DNA from: an uncultured Bacilli bacterium
GTDB lineage: Bacteria; Bacillota_I; Bacilli_A; RF39; UBA660
Length of the DNA: 46,116 bases
Direction: 5' to 3'
Assembly: GCA_947586205.1 (NCBI GenBank)
Contig: CANPXO010000004.1
Coordinates: forward strand, 1 to 46,116
This document shows positions 1 to 7,889 of this stretch, one piece after another (position 1 is the stretch's first letter; each line of letters opens with the position of its first letter). The notes under the pieces are model-generated. The model saw only the letters and a program-made list of their open reading frames with translations, made no database searches and was not told the DNA's origin. Position numbers and translations under genes: made by a program.

Positions 1-7
1 AATATGT

Positions 8-694
8 ATGATACTAAATCGAGAAAATCATAAAATGAATCTTAAAAAAGTAAGAAGATTAATGAAAAAATATCATTTGTTTTGTCCAATAAGAAAACCT
101 AATCCATATAAACAAATGATGAAAGCATTAGAAGAATCGACTGTTGCTCCTAATTTACTAGAAAGAAAATTTAGAGAATATGGTCCAAGAGCAGTTTTGC
201 TTACAGATATTACTTATTTATTTTATGGGAATCATCAAAAATGTTATTTATCTTCTATAAAAGATGCATATACAAAAGAGATTTTAGCACATGTTTTAAG
301 TCAAACAATGGAGGAAGATTTTGTGTTAGAAACAGTAAATTTGTTACTACAAAATCATAAAAATGAATTACAAACAGATGCTCTAGTTCATTCTGATCAA
401 GGAATCCATTATAAAGTGATATTATTTCAAGATTTACTGAAAGATAATAATTTAAGACAGTCTATGTCTAGAAAAGCAAATTGTTGGGATAATGCTCCTC
501 AAGAATCTTTTCATGGGCATATGAAAGATGAAATAGATTTGAGTCAATGTAAGACATTTGAAGAGGTAAAAAGTGTAATTGATTCCTACATTGACTATTA
601 CAACAAAGAAAGACCTCAAATAGGTCTTGCAAAGTTAACTCCAGAAGAATATTATCAATATTCTATTACTGGGAATTATCCCAAAAATCATTAG
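8..694 (+). CDS. IS3-family (IS150-like) transposase, C-terminal integrase/DDE part; 5' part lies outside the window
   Basis: Motifs N.KKVRRLM, APNLLER.F, TDITY, HSDQG, SMSRKANCWDNAPQESF and YIDYYN.ER are typical of the IS3 OrfB rve domain. Confidence 0.93.
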   Translation: MILNRENHKMNLKKVRRLMKKYHLFCPIRKPNPYKQMMKALEESTVAPNLLERKFREYGPRAVLLTDITYLFYGNHQKCYLSSIKDAYTKEILAHVLSQTMEEDFVLETVNLLLQNHKNELQTDALVHSDQGIHYKVILFQDLLKDNNLRQSMSRKANCWDNAPQESFHGHMKDEIDLSQCKTFEEVKSVIDSYIDYYNKERPQIGLAKLTPEEYYQYSITGNYPKNH

Positions 695-914
695 GATATA
701 TTTCATCATACAAATCTTTTAGAACAACATTTTTATAATCAGATATTAATGATTGAAATATTTCAAAATAGGATGATTGTATTGAAATTCCATTCACTTT
801 GAAATGCAATGGTATATAATATGTTGCAACAATATCACTCATTTCTTCTTCTAAAAAGCAAATTTTATCTAATATCTGATTATATGCTAGTTCTTTTTCA
901 CTCATATATTTCAA
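666..914 (-). CDS. Hypothetical 82-aa protein inside the IS, convergent with the transposase
   Basis: ORF preceded by AAGGAG on the - strand; no recognisable motif. Confidence 0.4.
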   Translation of the reverse strand: MKYMSEKELAYNQILDKICFLEEEMSDIVATYYIPLHFKVNGISIQSSYFEIFQSLISDYKNVVLKDLYDEIYPNDFWDNSQ

Positions 915-1011
915 AAACTGATACTCCTTTCTTGAGTATCAGTTTACATTGTTTATCTTATGATTACAATTGACTTTTTTTTCTTTGTCCATCATATGGG
1001 GTACAGTTCAA

Positions 1012-1046
1012 AAAAGACAAGAGTTTTTTATTTTCTCTTGTCTTTT
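1012..1046. terminator. Intrinsic terminator downstream of ftsW
   Basis: AAAAGACAAGAG...CTCTTGTCTTTT hairpin. Confidence 0.7.
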
Positions 1047-1124
1047 CTTTCTCAAATAATTTCCAAATTTCTTCATTTTTCTATATCATTTAATCTACAA
1101 ATCTACATGAATTTACTAATTTAT

Positions 1125-2300
1125 TTAATAAACTTTTTCCTGAGATAATCTTGCAATTTCTCTACTCTCTCTTCCCTCTTTATTTTCATAAGAAATACGA
1201 AGGATAACAAACATCATTAATATTACATTCATGTTAAATGAACCACCATAACTTAAGAATGGTACTGGAACACCTGTTAAAGGAATTAAGGCTAGAGTTC
1301 CCATTAAATTAATAAGTAAATGGAGTAATAGATAAATAAATGTTCCATAACAAATGAGACTATTACGAACCGATAAAGCATTCTTTCCTATTTTTAAAAT
1401 TCGATATAACATATAAACATAACCTAGAATTACTAGAATCCCTATTACTAAACCTAATTCTTCTACTAATATTGGAAAAATAAAGTCGGTATGGGCTTCT
1501 GGTAAATATAAATATTTTTGAGAAGAATTTCCTAACCCTTTTCCAAATAAGCCACCATTATGATAAGCAATAAAACCATTACAAACTTGGTATCCTGTAT
1601 CTTCTGTATATCTTTCACATGGTGTTTGAAATTTTAAACGAGATAACTGTGTACTATTAAAAATATCAGACCCACTGTAAAGTAATACAATCGCGGCGAT
1701 AATAGCTCCAAAACCAATCCATTTAATTAAATTTAATTTATTTTTCTCTTCAAAAGGAATAATTAAGAAGGTAAAGAATACAATCCCTGCAATAATAACA
1801 GCCCCTCCAAAGTCTGGTTCCATCGCGACAAAGAAGAATATAACAATCGCGATAATAATGGGAATTAATTGATACGAAAAGTTATGATTTTTTTTCAAAC
1901 TGGAATTATAGAAAACACCCATAAACAAAATTAATGCTGTTTTGGCAAATTCACTTGGTTGTAAGTTAAAGAACCCAAGGTCTAACCAGCTTTGAGCTCC
2001 ACCAGCGACAATTCCTAAACTAAAAACTAAAACAAGTAAAACTAAAACAACAACAATATAACAATAAACTGGCAATTTATAACGACCCGTAGAATATCTA
2101 AGGACAATGAAACCAGCAAGAAAAGTCACAAATTCAAATAAAAACTGACGAATAAAAAAGTAATACGTAGAAACATTATAACGTAGGACGGCAGAGATGG
2201 AAGATGCACTTAAAATCATGACTAAACCTAGAATAATATAAAGAATCATTAAAATAAATAAAGGGATATCCATTTTCATAAAAATCTTTTTCATCCTCAC
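1125..2300 (-). CDS. ftsW: FtsW/RodA/SpoVE SEDS-family peptidoglycan polymerase
   Basis: GAQSWL, QPSEFAK, GKGLGNS.QK..YLPEAHTDFIF and PLTGVPVPFLSYGGS motifs; about 10 TM segments. Confidence 0.9.
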   Translation of the reverse strand: MRMKKIFMKMDIPLFILMILYIILGLVMILSASSISAVLRYNVSTYYFFIRQFLFEFVTFLAGFIVLRYSTGRYKLPVYCYIVVVLVLLVLVFSLGIVAGGAQSWLDLGFFNLQPSEFAKTALILFMGVFYNSSLKKNHNFSYQLIPIIIAIVIFFFVAMEPDFGGAVIIAGIVFFTFLIIPFEEKNKLNLIKWIGFGAIIAAIVLLYSGSDIFNSTQLSRLKFQTPCERYTEDTGYQVCNGFIAYHNGGLFGKGLGNSSQKYLYLPEAHTDFIFPILVEELGLVIGILVILGYVYMLYRILKIGKNALSVRNSLICYGTFIYLLLHLLINLMGTLALIPLTGVPVPFLSYGGSFNMNVILMMFVILRISYENKEGRESREIARLSQEKVY

Positions 2301-2431
2301 ACTACCCTTTCTTATAACATCATATCATAAAATTCATTAGAATGTTTATCATTTCCTTTTTCTTTACGAATTTAATGTCAAAAATGGGAAACATTAATAA
2401 ACTATATTAGAAAGATTAGGAGGTATAAGTT

Positions 2432-2632
2432 ATGTATTATTACGGAAATAATGGCTTCTATGGTGGAGGATATGGTGGATACCAACCTTGCTGCTGTGGA
2501 GGAAACCAAGGATACGCTGGATATACTTCTGGTTATGGTGCTGGTGCTGCAATTTGGATTGTTTTATTCATTTTATTAGTCATCATCATTGGCGCTGGAT
2601 GGAATTTTGGCGGAAATAATAATAACAACTAG
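2432..2632 (+). CDS. YjcZ/SscA-like small sporulation membrane protein
   Basis: Gly/Tyr-rich N-terminus followed by IVLFILLVIIIG; strong SD AGGAGGT. Confidence 0.8.
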   Translation: MYYYGNNGFYGGGYGGYQPCCCGGNQGYAGYTSGYGAGAAIWIVLFILLVIIIGAGWNFGGNNNNN

Positions 2633-2638
2633 ATAAAG

Positions 2639-2667
2639 AAAAGGATAGAGTCGTCTATCCCTTTTTT
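2639..2667 (+). terminator. Intrinsic terminator
   Basis: GGATAGA-GTCG-TCTATCC followed by a T-tract. Confidence 0.8.
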
Positions 2668-2802
2668 AATGCCATCAAGTCATACTTTCTTGCATTATTC
2701 ATTTTATCATATATCCACCACGTTTTATCTCATTATACCTCATTTGACTGATTTTACTTTTCTTTTTTTTAATTTATGATACAATAATACTGTTTTTTAG
2801 GG

Positions 2803-3375
2803 GTGAATGAAATGGAAGAAATGGAATTACCAAAAATCAAAATCTTAAATGAATATGATAAAAGACTCCATATGATAAGTAAAGAAGTGACTTTTCCATT
2901 AGAAGATAAAGATAAAAAAATGATTGAAGATATGATACAGTATTTAAAAATGAGTCAAATGGATGATATGATTGAAAAATATAATCTTCGTTCAGGATGG
3001 GGACTCTCTGCTGTTCAACTTGGTGTTTTAAAAAGAATATTTGTGATTGTCGATGAAACAAAAGAACCTGGTGTTTTTAAAAATTATATTGTGATTAATC
3101 CGAAGATTCTATCTCACAGCGAAGAACAAATCTATGTTTCGGAAGGTGAAGGATGTTTATCTGTGGACCGTGATGTCGAAGGCATTGTGCCAAGATATGC
3201 AAGAATTACCGTAAAAGCTCAAGATATGGATGGAAATCCTTATGAGATACGTGTTCGAGAAGAAGTGTCCATAGCATTCCAACATGAAATAGATCATTTA
3301 AATGGGATTTTGTTTGTTGATAAAATAGATCCGAAGAACCCATATAAAAATAGTGATCATATGCGGGAAATCTAA
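2803..3375 (+). CDS. def: Peptide deformylase (type II)
   Basis: GWGLSAVQLG, EGCLSV and QHEIDHLNG motifs. Confidence 0.95.
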   Translation: MNEMEEMELPKIKILNEYDKRLHMISKEVTFPLEDKDKKMIEDMIQYLKMSQMDDMIEKYNLRSGWGLSAVQLGVLKRIFVIVDETKEPGVFKNYIVINPKILSHSEEQIYVSEGEGCLSVDRDVEGIVPRYARITVKAQDMDGNPYEIRVREEVSIAFQHEIDHLNGILFVDKIDPKNPYKNSDHMREI

Positions 3376-3428
3376 AAGTCAGAAAAAAACTGATTTTTTT
3401 CTTGTATGAAAAAAAGTGGAAGTCCCAC

Positions 3429-3554
3429 TTATTTTGTCTCATTCGTTTTCTTTTTCTTACAATATTTTTTATTGATTAATTTTACTTTGACACCTTTATC
3501 ATAGGCAAACATCTTTTTGACACCATCTGGTAAATTTTTCTTATAAACTTTCAT
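3429..3554 (-). CDS. Small Lys-rich protein, 41 aa (MKVYKKNLPDGVKKMFAYDKGVKVKLINKKYCKKKKTNETK), absent from the ORF track
   Basis: SD AGAGGAGG; promoter TTGATT-N17-TATAAT (3615-3587); terminator AGTGG-GACTT-CCACT-T tract at the stop. Confidence 0.7.
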   Translation of the reverse strand: MKVYKKNLPDGVKKMFAYDKGVKVKLINKKYCKKKKTNETK

Positions 3555-3611
3555 ATTCTTCCCTCCTCTTGTAAAAAGTCTATTTGATTATAACAAAAAA
3601 CTTAAGAAAAA

Positions 3612-3998
3612 TCAATGTGATGTCGGTGTATATTGGCAAGTTTTTACTCCATTGGGAAAAGTCACAGTCACATTATCTGTTAATTTTACAGAACTTTTTG
3701 TTTTGGGGTCTATTAAATCTTTTTCTTCAATCAGATTTTTATCCAAAATTTGTTCCACGGTAACATTACAAGTATTTCCCACACATTTGTTATTTGGACA
3801 ACACTGATTCTTCTTTGATTTATCAATATCAACATAGGTACAAGCTGCATTTTGAATTGTTGCTAAAAACTCTTCATATTGTTTATCTTTCTCACCACTT
3901 AAAACATTTCCCATATTGGCAACGACAAGCGTTCCAATTAACGCGATTAAACCAATGGAAACAATAAGCTCAATCATGGTAAAACCTTTCTTTTTCAT
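3612..3998 (-). CDS. Type IV pilin/ComG-like prepilin
   Basis: Class III signal KKKG^FTMIEL plus a hydrophobic helix; several Cys. Confidence 0.88.
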   Translation of the reverse strand: MKKKGFTMIELIVSIGLIALIGTLVVANMGNVLSGEKDKQYEEFLATIQNAACTYVDIDKSKKNQCCPNNKCVGNTCNVTVEQILDKNLIEEKDLIDPKTKSSVKLTDNVTVTFPNGVKTCQYTPTSH

Positions 3999-5044
3999 AG
4001 TACCTCTCCTTCAATTATAATATTCTTTGCTTTTTTTCTTTTTTTAAAATGAAAATAAACATAAAAGATTCCGCTAAAAATGACGATAGAATAGAAACTA
4101 ACTGTTCGAAGTAGTATCATAGCTGGCGTTGCAAGAGTACTTCCATAAATGAATTCATTTATTTGTAAAAGGAGTCCTTCACTTACGACCACTCCACCAG
4201 GGAATGGCATGAAGTCACTTGCTAGAGTAATACCTGCTTGAAATGCTAGTATCTCAAGTAAACTTAAGTCATGTAGTCCAAAGGATAGATAAATGAAGTA
4301 ACTAATGGATAACAAACATACTCTTTGACAAAGTAAGATAAAGTATGCTTCCCATAATATTTTTGGGTGCTCTTTGGTTAGTTTAGCACACTCTTGATAT
4401 CCTTTTAAAGCATCTTCAAATTGTTTTTCATAAATATCTATTTTTTTGATTTTTAACTTTCTTCCTAAGCGAAAAAGAATACTTGCTAATTTAGGAATTA
4501 ATTTTTTAGAATAAACGAGCATTAAAAAGAAGATAATTAAAAATATGGTTGTAATAAATCCTAAAGCGACAAGCCAGACGAATAAAGCACTTTGATTCCA
4601 TAAAAGCGTAAAACAAAAGAGAAAACCTATCACTGCGATTGTGAGTAGTGCAATTTTATAAATCAATGTATTTAATAGAATGAGTACTGTACTAATTCGA
4701 TAAGGAATTCCATCTCGGTTCATTTCAATCATTTGCACAGGTTGTCCTCCAATACTACTTGGTGTAATGGCTGAAAAATACACTTCGGTAAAATGATAAC
4801 CAAAGGCTTGATACCAACTAATCTTTTTGCCAAAATATTTTAAAATTCTTCGAAAATATTGAAAAGCAAAAAAACAATATCCAAATAAAGCTAAAAACGC
4901 ACAAAAAAGAAAACCTTTATTGCAATTTTGAACGGCAATAAAAAAATCTTCAATTTTATAATCTTTTAACACAAAATAATAGGTTCCAAAAATTAATACT
5001 AAAAACAAAACTATGGACCAACTATATTTTTTGATGTTTTTCAT
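3995..5044 (-). CDS. Lysylphosphatidylglycerol-synthase TM/flippase-like (UPF0104) membrane protein
   Basis: FSAITPSSIGGQP and PFPGG...SEG motifs; multi-TM. Confidence 0.85.
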   Translation of the reverse strand: MKNIKKYSWSIVLFLVLIFGTYYFVLKDYKIEDFFIAVQNCNKGFLFCAFLALFGYCFFAFQYFRRILKYFGKKISWYQAFGYHFTEVYFSAITPSSIGGQPVQMIEMNRDGIPYRISTVLILLNTLIYKIALLTIAVIGFLFCFTLLWNQSALFVWLVALGFITTIFLIIFFLMLVYSKKLIPKLASILFRLGRKLKIKKIDIYEKQFEDALKGYQECAKLTKEHPKILWEAYFILLCQRVCLLSISYFIYLSFGLHDLSLLEILAFQAGITLASDFMPFPGGVVVSEGLLLQINEFIYGSTLATPAMILLRTVSFYSIVIFSGIFYVYFHFKKRKKAKNIIIEGEVL

Positions 5045-5091
5045 AGAACCACCTATGATAATAGTAGCACAGTTAAGAGAAAAATTCTACA

Positions 5092-5120
5092 AAAAAAATC
5101 TTACGATTTTGTAAGATTTT
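5092..5120. terminator. Terminator hairpin, identical to the copy at 6079-6107
   Basis: AAAATCTTAC-GATTTT-GTAAGATTTT. Confidence 0.8.
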
Positions 5121-5205
5121 GACACTGTCAATCATAACAATACACTTTTTCAAAGAAAATACTCTCCATGAATGTATTCCATTCTAAGTGATTGTTTAAA
5201 TATTA

Positions 5206-5646
5206 TTATCTTTTTAATACTCGTCTTTGCTCTTCAGATCTCTGTTCTTCTTCCTCCATGTCTTTTAAGTGATTATTTGTAACAAGTTTCCGAACTTCTT
5301 CTTTTTTAATTGGATCCCATACATAAACATAGAAAGAATCATTTTTAGAAGATTGAACACCTATTTTGTCATCTACATAATCTACTTCAATATACCAACC
5401 AAACTCGCTTTTACCAGATTTTAATTTTTGATGCTCTTCTTGTTCCTCCTCTTGTTTCTCCATTTCTTTTAAGTGATTATTTGTAACAAGTTTCCGAACT
5501 TCTTTCTTTTTTATTGGATCCCACACATAAATATAGAAGGAATCATTTTTAGAAGATCGAACACCTATTTTGTCATCTACATAATCTGCTTCAATATACC
5601 AACCAAACTCACTTTTACCAGATTTTAATTTTTGATAATCTCTCAT
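5206..5646 (-). CDS. Hypothetical protein made of two near-identical 68-aa repeats
   Basis: 204-bp DNA period; QKLKSGKSEFGWYIE...RKLVTNNHLK occurs twice; SD AGGAGGAG. Confidence 0.8.
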   Translation of the reverse strand: MRDYQKLKSGKSEFGWYIEADYVDDKIGVRSSKNDSFYIYVWDPIKKKEVRKLVTNNHLKEMEKQEEEQEEHQKLKSGKSEFGWYIEVDYVDDKIGVQSSKNDSFYVYVWDPIKKEEVRKLVTNNHLKDMEEEEQRSEEQRRVLKR

Positions 5647-5711
5647 TATTCTCCTCCTCTTTTCACAAGATGTTTCTTGTTACTAACAATTATATGGATA
5701 GTAAAAATATT

Positions 5712-6052
5712 ACCTCAATTCGCCTAAAGTGTTGCTGTATATTTAAAAATTATGATTGAATTATTTCTTATATCTTCCAAATCTATAGGCAAATCGGTAT
5801 TGTATATAACATCATTATTTTAAGATTGGTATTAATTTTTCTCTAAATATTCAATTGTATACTTTAAGATTGCTCTTTATTTTACAAAATTCTATGATGT
5901 TGTAAATAACGAGTGGAGTTTGAATGATACTATAAGAATGTACAAAAAAGGAAAAAATTCATGTACAAAAAAGAGAATATAATATACACTTCAATATAAT
6001 CCTTTTTTGTGTACTTTTTATTATTCGAGCAACACTTTAGGCGAATTGAGGT
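5712..6052. mobile_element. MITE (341 bp, non-autonomous)
   Basis: Perfect 25-bp terminal inverted repeats ACCTCAATTCGCCTAAAGTGTTGCT (5712-5736, 6028-6052); 8-bp target duplication AAAATATT (5704-5711, 6053-6060); no transposase. Confidence 0.9.
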
Positions 6053-6078
6053 AAAATATTTGTCAACTACTATGTACT

Positions 6079-6107
6079 AAAAAAATCTTACGATTTTGTA
6101 AGATTTT
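6079..6107. terminator. Terminator of the AAA-nuclease gene
   Basis: Same hairpin as 5092-5120, lying just after the stop at 6123. Confidence 0.8.
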
Positions 6108-6122
6108 TGGTAACCGTAATAT

Positions 6123-7778
6123 TTATCTCACAATACACTTTTTTCTACAAAAGACAACAACATATTCTTTTATATTTTGTACTTTATCTAATTCTAGTTC
6201 TTTATAGTATTCTTTTTCCTTCATTTGTTTTTTTGCAATACTTGCAAGATTCTCCATTTCACTTTCTTTATCTGCCACTTTAAACTCAAAGATACAGCCA
6301 AAACTTCTGTCATCTCTCTCAATCATCACATCGTATCTTCCTAGTCCTGCTTCTCTATTTGATTTTACAATAAACTCAGGTGTTAGGAAAACTCCAAACA
6401 AAGAAATCATATACCCATGATAAAAGTTTTCTTTGGTATCATAGAAACTTGTGCTCTCAAGGAGTCTACATAAATACATTTCCATCTTTGATTTTCTTCC
6501 ATCTATTAAATCATCTACAAAGCCCTGATAATCTTCAAAATTTGATAATTCTTTATGATACATGATACTTTGAACCATTTTTACTAGGTCACTTCTTACT
6601 TCTTCATTAGGTATTTTAAATTCTTGAATTCTACTCTTTATCACTGGATGAATATATTCTTTATCAAACGTAAGATATCCTGATGCAAACAGAAGATTTA
6701 GAACTTTGGTAATATCTTTTGTTTCATCAAAATCCATATAAGTCATTCGATTATCATATCCAAAACTAATGCTTTCTCCTTTTAATAATTTCTCTATTGT
6801 TATTTTATCTTGATTATTAATATCACCTAATGTTTTTTTGATGAGAACATTTCCTGATGTATTCATCCAATAAGGTTGCAATATTCTTTTTTTGGCATAA
6901 TTTAAGATACTCCAAGGATTATAAATAGAAGTCCCCATAAAGTTATATCCATCATACATATTTTTTACTTCATCAGTAAGTTCTAATCCATAATATTCTA
7001 ATAGTTCTTTGGTCTCTTCCTTCGTAAATCCAAAAGCCTCATTATACTCTTTCGTCATCATATCACAAACTTCAGGATTATTTAAATCACTAAAAATACT
7101 TTCTTTACTGACTCTTAAAATCCCAGTCATGACTCCCATCTTTAAACTATCATTTCCCTTTAATGAACTTGATAATACACTTCTTATTAAATCAATCACG
7201 TCTGTATAAAACCCTTTTATATATCCTTCTTGAATAGGTATATCATATTCGTCAACTAATATAATAGTCTTTTTATGATGATATCTTTCTAACCAATTAG
7301 ATAACTGATAAATAGAATTTTTATATTCATCTGCATTTGCTTTGCCATCTCGAATATTTTTATACCTTTCAAGTTCTCCTTCATTTAATATTTCCATCAA
7401 ATATTCTTTTTTGGTATAAACTTCTTGTATTTTAAAAACAAACTGATTATAAACACTTTCATATGTACTTTGTTTTAAATCTTTAAAATCTAAAGTAATG
7501 ACTGGATATGCCCCAAATTCTTTATAATATTCACTTTTTTGAATGGCTAGTCCAACAAATAAATGCTCATTCTCTTTTCTTTTATCAATATCAAAAAAAT
7601 TATCCAACATGGAAATAAACAAACTTTTCCCAAATCTTCTTGGTCTTGGATATAATACAACTTTACTTCCCTTATCTAATAATTCTTCAATCACTGATGT
7701 TTTATCTACATAATAATAGTTCCCTGTAATAAGATCTTTAAAGTCATCGTTTCCAACTGGAACTTTTTTCAAATTCAT
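6123..7778 (-). CDS. AAA-ATPase-like protein with C-terminal PD-(D/E)XK nuclease domain
   Basis: YYVDKT, RPRRFGKS, ILVDEYD, IYNPWS and SNREAGLGRYD...IFEFK motifs. Confidence 0.9.
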   Translation of the reverse strand: MNLKKVPVGNDDFKDLITGNYYYVDKTSVIEELLDKGSKVVLYPRPRRFGKSLFISMLDNFFDIDKRKENEHLFVGLAIQKSEYYKEFGAYPVITLDFKDLKQSTYESVYNQFVFKIQEVYTKKEYLMEILNEGELERYKNIRDGKANADEYKNSIYQLSNWLERYHHKKTIILVDEYDIPIQEGYIKGFYTDVIDLIRSVLSSSLKGNDSLKMGVMTGILRVSKESIFSDLNNPEVCDMMTKEYNEAFGFTKEETKELLEYYGLELTDEVKNMYDGYNFMGTSIYNPWSILNYAKKRILQPYWMNTSGNVLIKKTLGDINNQDKITIEKLLKGESISFGYDNRMTYMDFDETKDITKVLNLLFASGYLTFDKEYIHPVIKSRIQEFKIPNEEVRSDLVKMVQSIMYHKELSNFEDYQGFVDDLIDGRKSKMEMYLCRLLESTSFYDTKENFYHGYMISLFGVFLTPEFIVKSNREAGLGRYDVMIERDDRSFGCIFEFKVADKESEMENLASIAKKQMKEKEYYKELELDKVQNIKEYVVVFCRKKCIVR

Positions 7779-7889
7779 GAGGATCCCTCTTTTCTTGCAC
7801 TTATTGTAGCAAATATTACTTTATCATGCAAGAGCAACCTTTTTAAATGTTTACAATGCAAAAAAGAAAGAATACACTCGGTACCTTTC

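Larger units (their letters stand above)
1..1010 (+). mobile_element. Right part of an IS3-family insertion sequence, with the right inverted repeat at about 985-1010
   Basis: TTGTCCATCATATGGGGTACAGTTCA ends in the IS3-type terminal CA at 1010; the left end is not in the window, so the IR pair cannot be confirmed. Confidence 0.7.

Noticed and set aside
2644..2740. TATAAT and SD-like GGTGGA on the - strand followed by tiny ORFs (MIK*, MNNARKYDLMALKKG*)
   Set aside because: Too short to support; possibly a relic of a deleted gene
5737..6027. Coding potential inside the MITE
   Set aside because: Only short broken frames; the internal TGTACAAAAAAG repeat has no assignable function
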